The position numbers and the translations under genes were made by a program. Below, piece by piece: positions 61,527 through 64,000 of a stretch of 64,000 bases of DNA. The stretch's first letter is position 1. Every line of letters starts with the position of its first letter. Source of the DNA: Octopus vulgaris (lineage: Eukaryota); NCBI GenBank assembly GCA_951406725.2, contig OX597827.1, forward strand, positions 49,352,001 through 49,416,000, in the 5' to 3' direction. The notes under the pieces are model-generated. The model did no database searches, was not told the DNA's origin, and worked only from the letters and a program-made list of their open reading frames with translations.

Positions 61527-62598
61527 TTGGAATGAGATAATAACCGTTAAGTTTCACAATTTCATTTAAAGGTTATATACGAGTGTTTTAACTGTCACGT
61601 TTAAATGCTAAGTTGAATGTTTCGTGTGTGGACCAATTGTTATTTATACAGTTACAATTATTCATCTATTTCGTTTGACAGTTATATTCAAAGGGTGCGT
61701 CTTAACCCTTTGAACCCGCGAGAACACTTTAGCGGACGCGATTTCGTTTGATTATACTCCTGGAAAACGCAAAAGCGAGAAGCGCTCCATGTTTCTGCCA
61801 GTTAGCGTGCCGCAAACATAAAAACGTGTGACGTTCCGCTTTAGCGATCAAAGAATTAACTGTTCCGCACAATTGTTACGTTTGTCAGCAGTGCACAATT
61901 GTTGCGTACAATTGTTGGACACGACTATTATGCTGGACAACTGCACGCAGTTGTGTTTTGCTGTTGACTTTTAACTATAAAAATAGCTGTTACATATAAG
62001 ATTTTCCCTTCTATAAATCAGTAAGCACTAATCACATATTAATGAATAAGTCGGATCGTGAAAACTTAAATAACGTAGTCAGTTGTATAATAATAGACAA
62101 CTCGTTAAAGAAGCAGGCTGTGACGATATGAAACCATAGGGCAAGAGTTCTTTCGTTCCAGTTGACTTAAACCATTAATATCACAGGGAAATGAGTTTCA
62201 CGATTTAATCTATCACTTCTGTAAGTGTATAAGAAATAGCTGAGGGCATATGGACTCTGATATAGGTTTAGCCGACCAGATGGCCATCAGTTTTTTTTAA
62301 TCTTTTTAGTATTTATGTTATAATTCCCTGAAGGAGGAAAGGTAAGGAGTGCCTATGATTTGATATTAAAAAGGAAAGAGACAAAAACGAATTATTTTGT
62401 CTGATATTTATCAATTTTTTCATGTGTGTGTATTTATTCTGTCAAAATTTGAGTCTGCTAAGAGTTTCTTCCCGAGAGCTAGGTTGTTCCACCATATAAA
62501 ATATATTCAGTCGGCAACTCAGACTACGATATATATTTAAAGAATGAGAAAATGGAAAGATAATAAAATTATTTATAAATTATAAAATATGACAACAT

Positions 62599-62681
62599 CT
62601 CTGACAGCTGTTTCGATTGAGAAATTTTTAGATAATTAATTTATAAAATTGAAATCATTATAAGATAAATATCTTCAGAGG
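62599..62681 (-). ncRNA. Hammerhead-like motif with long AU-rich insertion at helix II
   Basis: CCT CTGAAGA [~57 nt] GAA ACAGCTGT C AGAG, with a palindromic stem III and GUC site. Flanks resemble the arms of 31762-32184. Confidence 0.5.
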
Positions 62682-62757
62682 TACTAAGGATATACTGATT
62701 AGAAATACATGCTGAGGTAACGACTAAGAAACCGTTAACGGTTTCTCCTTAGTCTTT

Positions 62758-62803
<46 letters not shown>

Positions 62804-62906
62804 CCACGGTTTATATGGTTACCTTAGATGGTTTCTATAGATTGGTAACTAACCAATATTTTCATTGGATTTATGATCCCTTAATGAGGTTTATTGCCTT
62901 TACTTG

Positions 62907-62941
<35 letters not shown>

Positions 62942-63798
62942 ACAGACAGTGGGGGATGACAGGAAGACAGCCGAAAACATGTAGTAATACAAAAACCTGG
63001 CGAACTTCGAAGACTGTGTAGTAAGATACTTAAAAAATGTGAGTGTCGTGGTTCCGAAGCCACTGGTCTCGGTGCGGTTATTTCAGAAAACAGTACAAAA
63101 ACCACCAGTCCTTAGCAGATTTAAAAGATATTTTGTACAAAATCAAAGGCAAATTATTCCTATTTATTTAACCGAGTGATGAAGAACAAGCAATAGACTC
63201 CTTGGCATATCGATTCTCCGACCCGGTTTCGATTCAAGACTGAAGGCATTTCATTTCACTTCTATTGTTCATGTTTCTTGTGAAAAGTATGAATGCTACA
63301 TTTTTATCGCTGTATTCTTTCTCCTCCCTCCCTCCCTCTCCCTTCTGTGCACTGAACGATGTTACCATAAACAGAAGTGTGATGGTAAACTAACGAGAAT
63401 GGTTTTCTAATTACATTTCAAATACAAACATTTCGCTTTGATTAATGTCACTAGTTTTTAACCGCTTTCTTAAAACCATTTCCTCATTTTTCAGTCTAGA
63501 ACAATCCTTAACCACGCTGTCAACATATGCACCATTGTGCAAATTAAGGCGGTTGTATTTCTGTTCGATGTTTGTATTACAAATTAAAAAATAAATAAAT
63601 TACAACTCTATAGTCAAGAAGATTATTAACCGATGTCAAGTGATGTAGTAATTAAAAACAACACTAAAACAACACTAAAAATATTTCAGGTCTTTATGAA
63701 CAGAGAAAAATAACGAGACTTAAAATGAACTTACTGAAAACAGTTGTAAATTTACCTTCAAACTCTCTCTCACACACAATATATATACATTACATTAC

Positions 63799-63840
<42 letters not shown>

Positions 63841-64000
63841 CAGACCCTTTTTCGGATGTCAGCATCCCGCTATTCTTGTTCATACGATCATACCTAGAAT
63901 ACTATCTCCCCATATCAAACGAAGCACTGAACCCCAGAAAAGTAAATACAAAAAAATGGCATGTTTTGATTGTTGGAACCGAAATTAAAATATTGAAAGT

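Noticed and set aside
61687-61714. TTAACCCTTT resembling a piggyBac end
   Set aside because: No matching distal AAAGGGTTAA was found. It is only a small local hairpin (TTCAAAGGG/CCCTTTGAA).

Overview
This is AT-rich eukaryotic DNA full of microsatellites. The repeat landscape suggests an octopus or other coleoid cephalopod, which is an inference. The only credible host gene is an intronless class A neuropeptide GPCR of the myosuppressin-receptor/DMSR-1 family (37379-38620, +). Almost all other ORFs are (TA)n/(TG)n or SINE artefacts. The rest of the window holds three tRNA-derived SINE families, Penelope-like GIY-YIG remnants, RTE LINE pieces, decayed Tc1/mariner, Merlin-like and hAT-like transposons, a non-autonomous Helitron and a piggyBac-type MITE. 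The main signal is a dense set of about a dozen hand-parsed type I hammerhead ribozyme (HHR) motifs in several unrelated repeat families. Several carry compensatory swaps of the tertiary C3-G8 pair (U3-A8, A3-U8). They include a 365-bp retrozyme-like monomer with a 75-bp exact terminal redundancy (20819-21258), a tRNA-headed SINE with a hammerhead in its tail (two copies), and several fold-back elements built around hammerheads. An HDV-like ribozyme remnant also sits at the start of a probable RTE 5' UTR. All folds were parsed by eye, repeat boundaries are approximate, and no activity has been shown.
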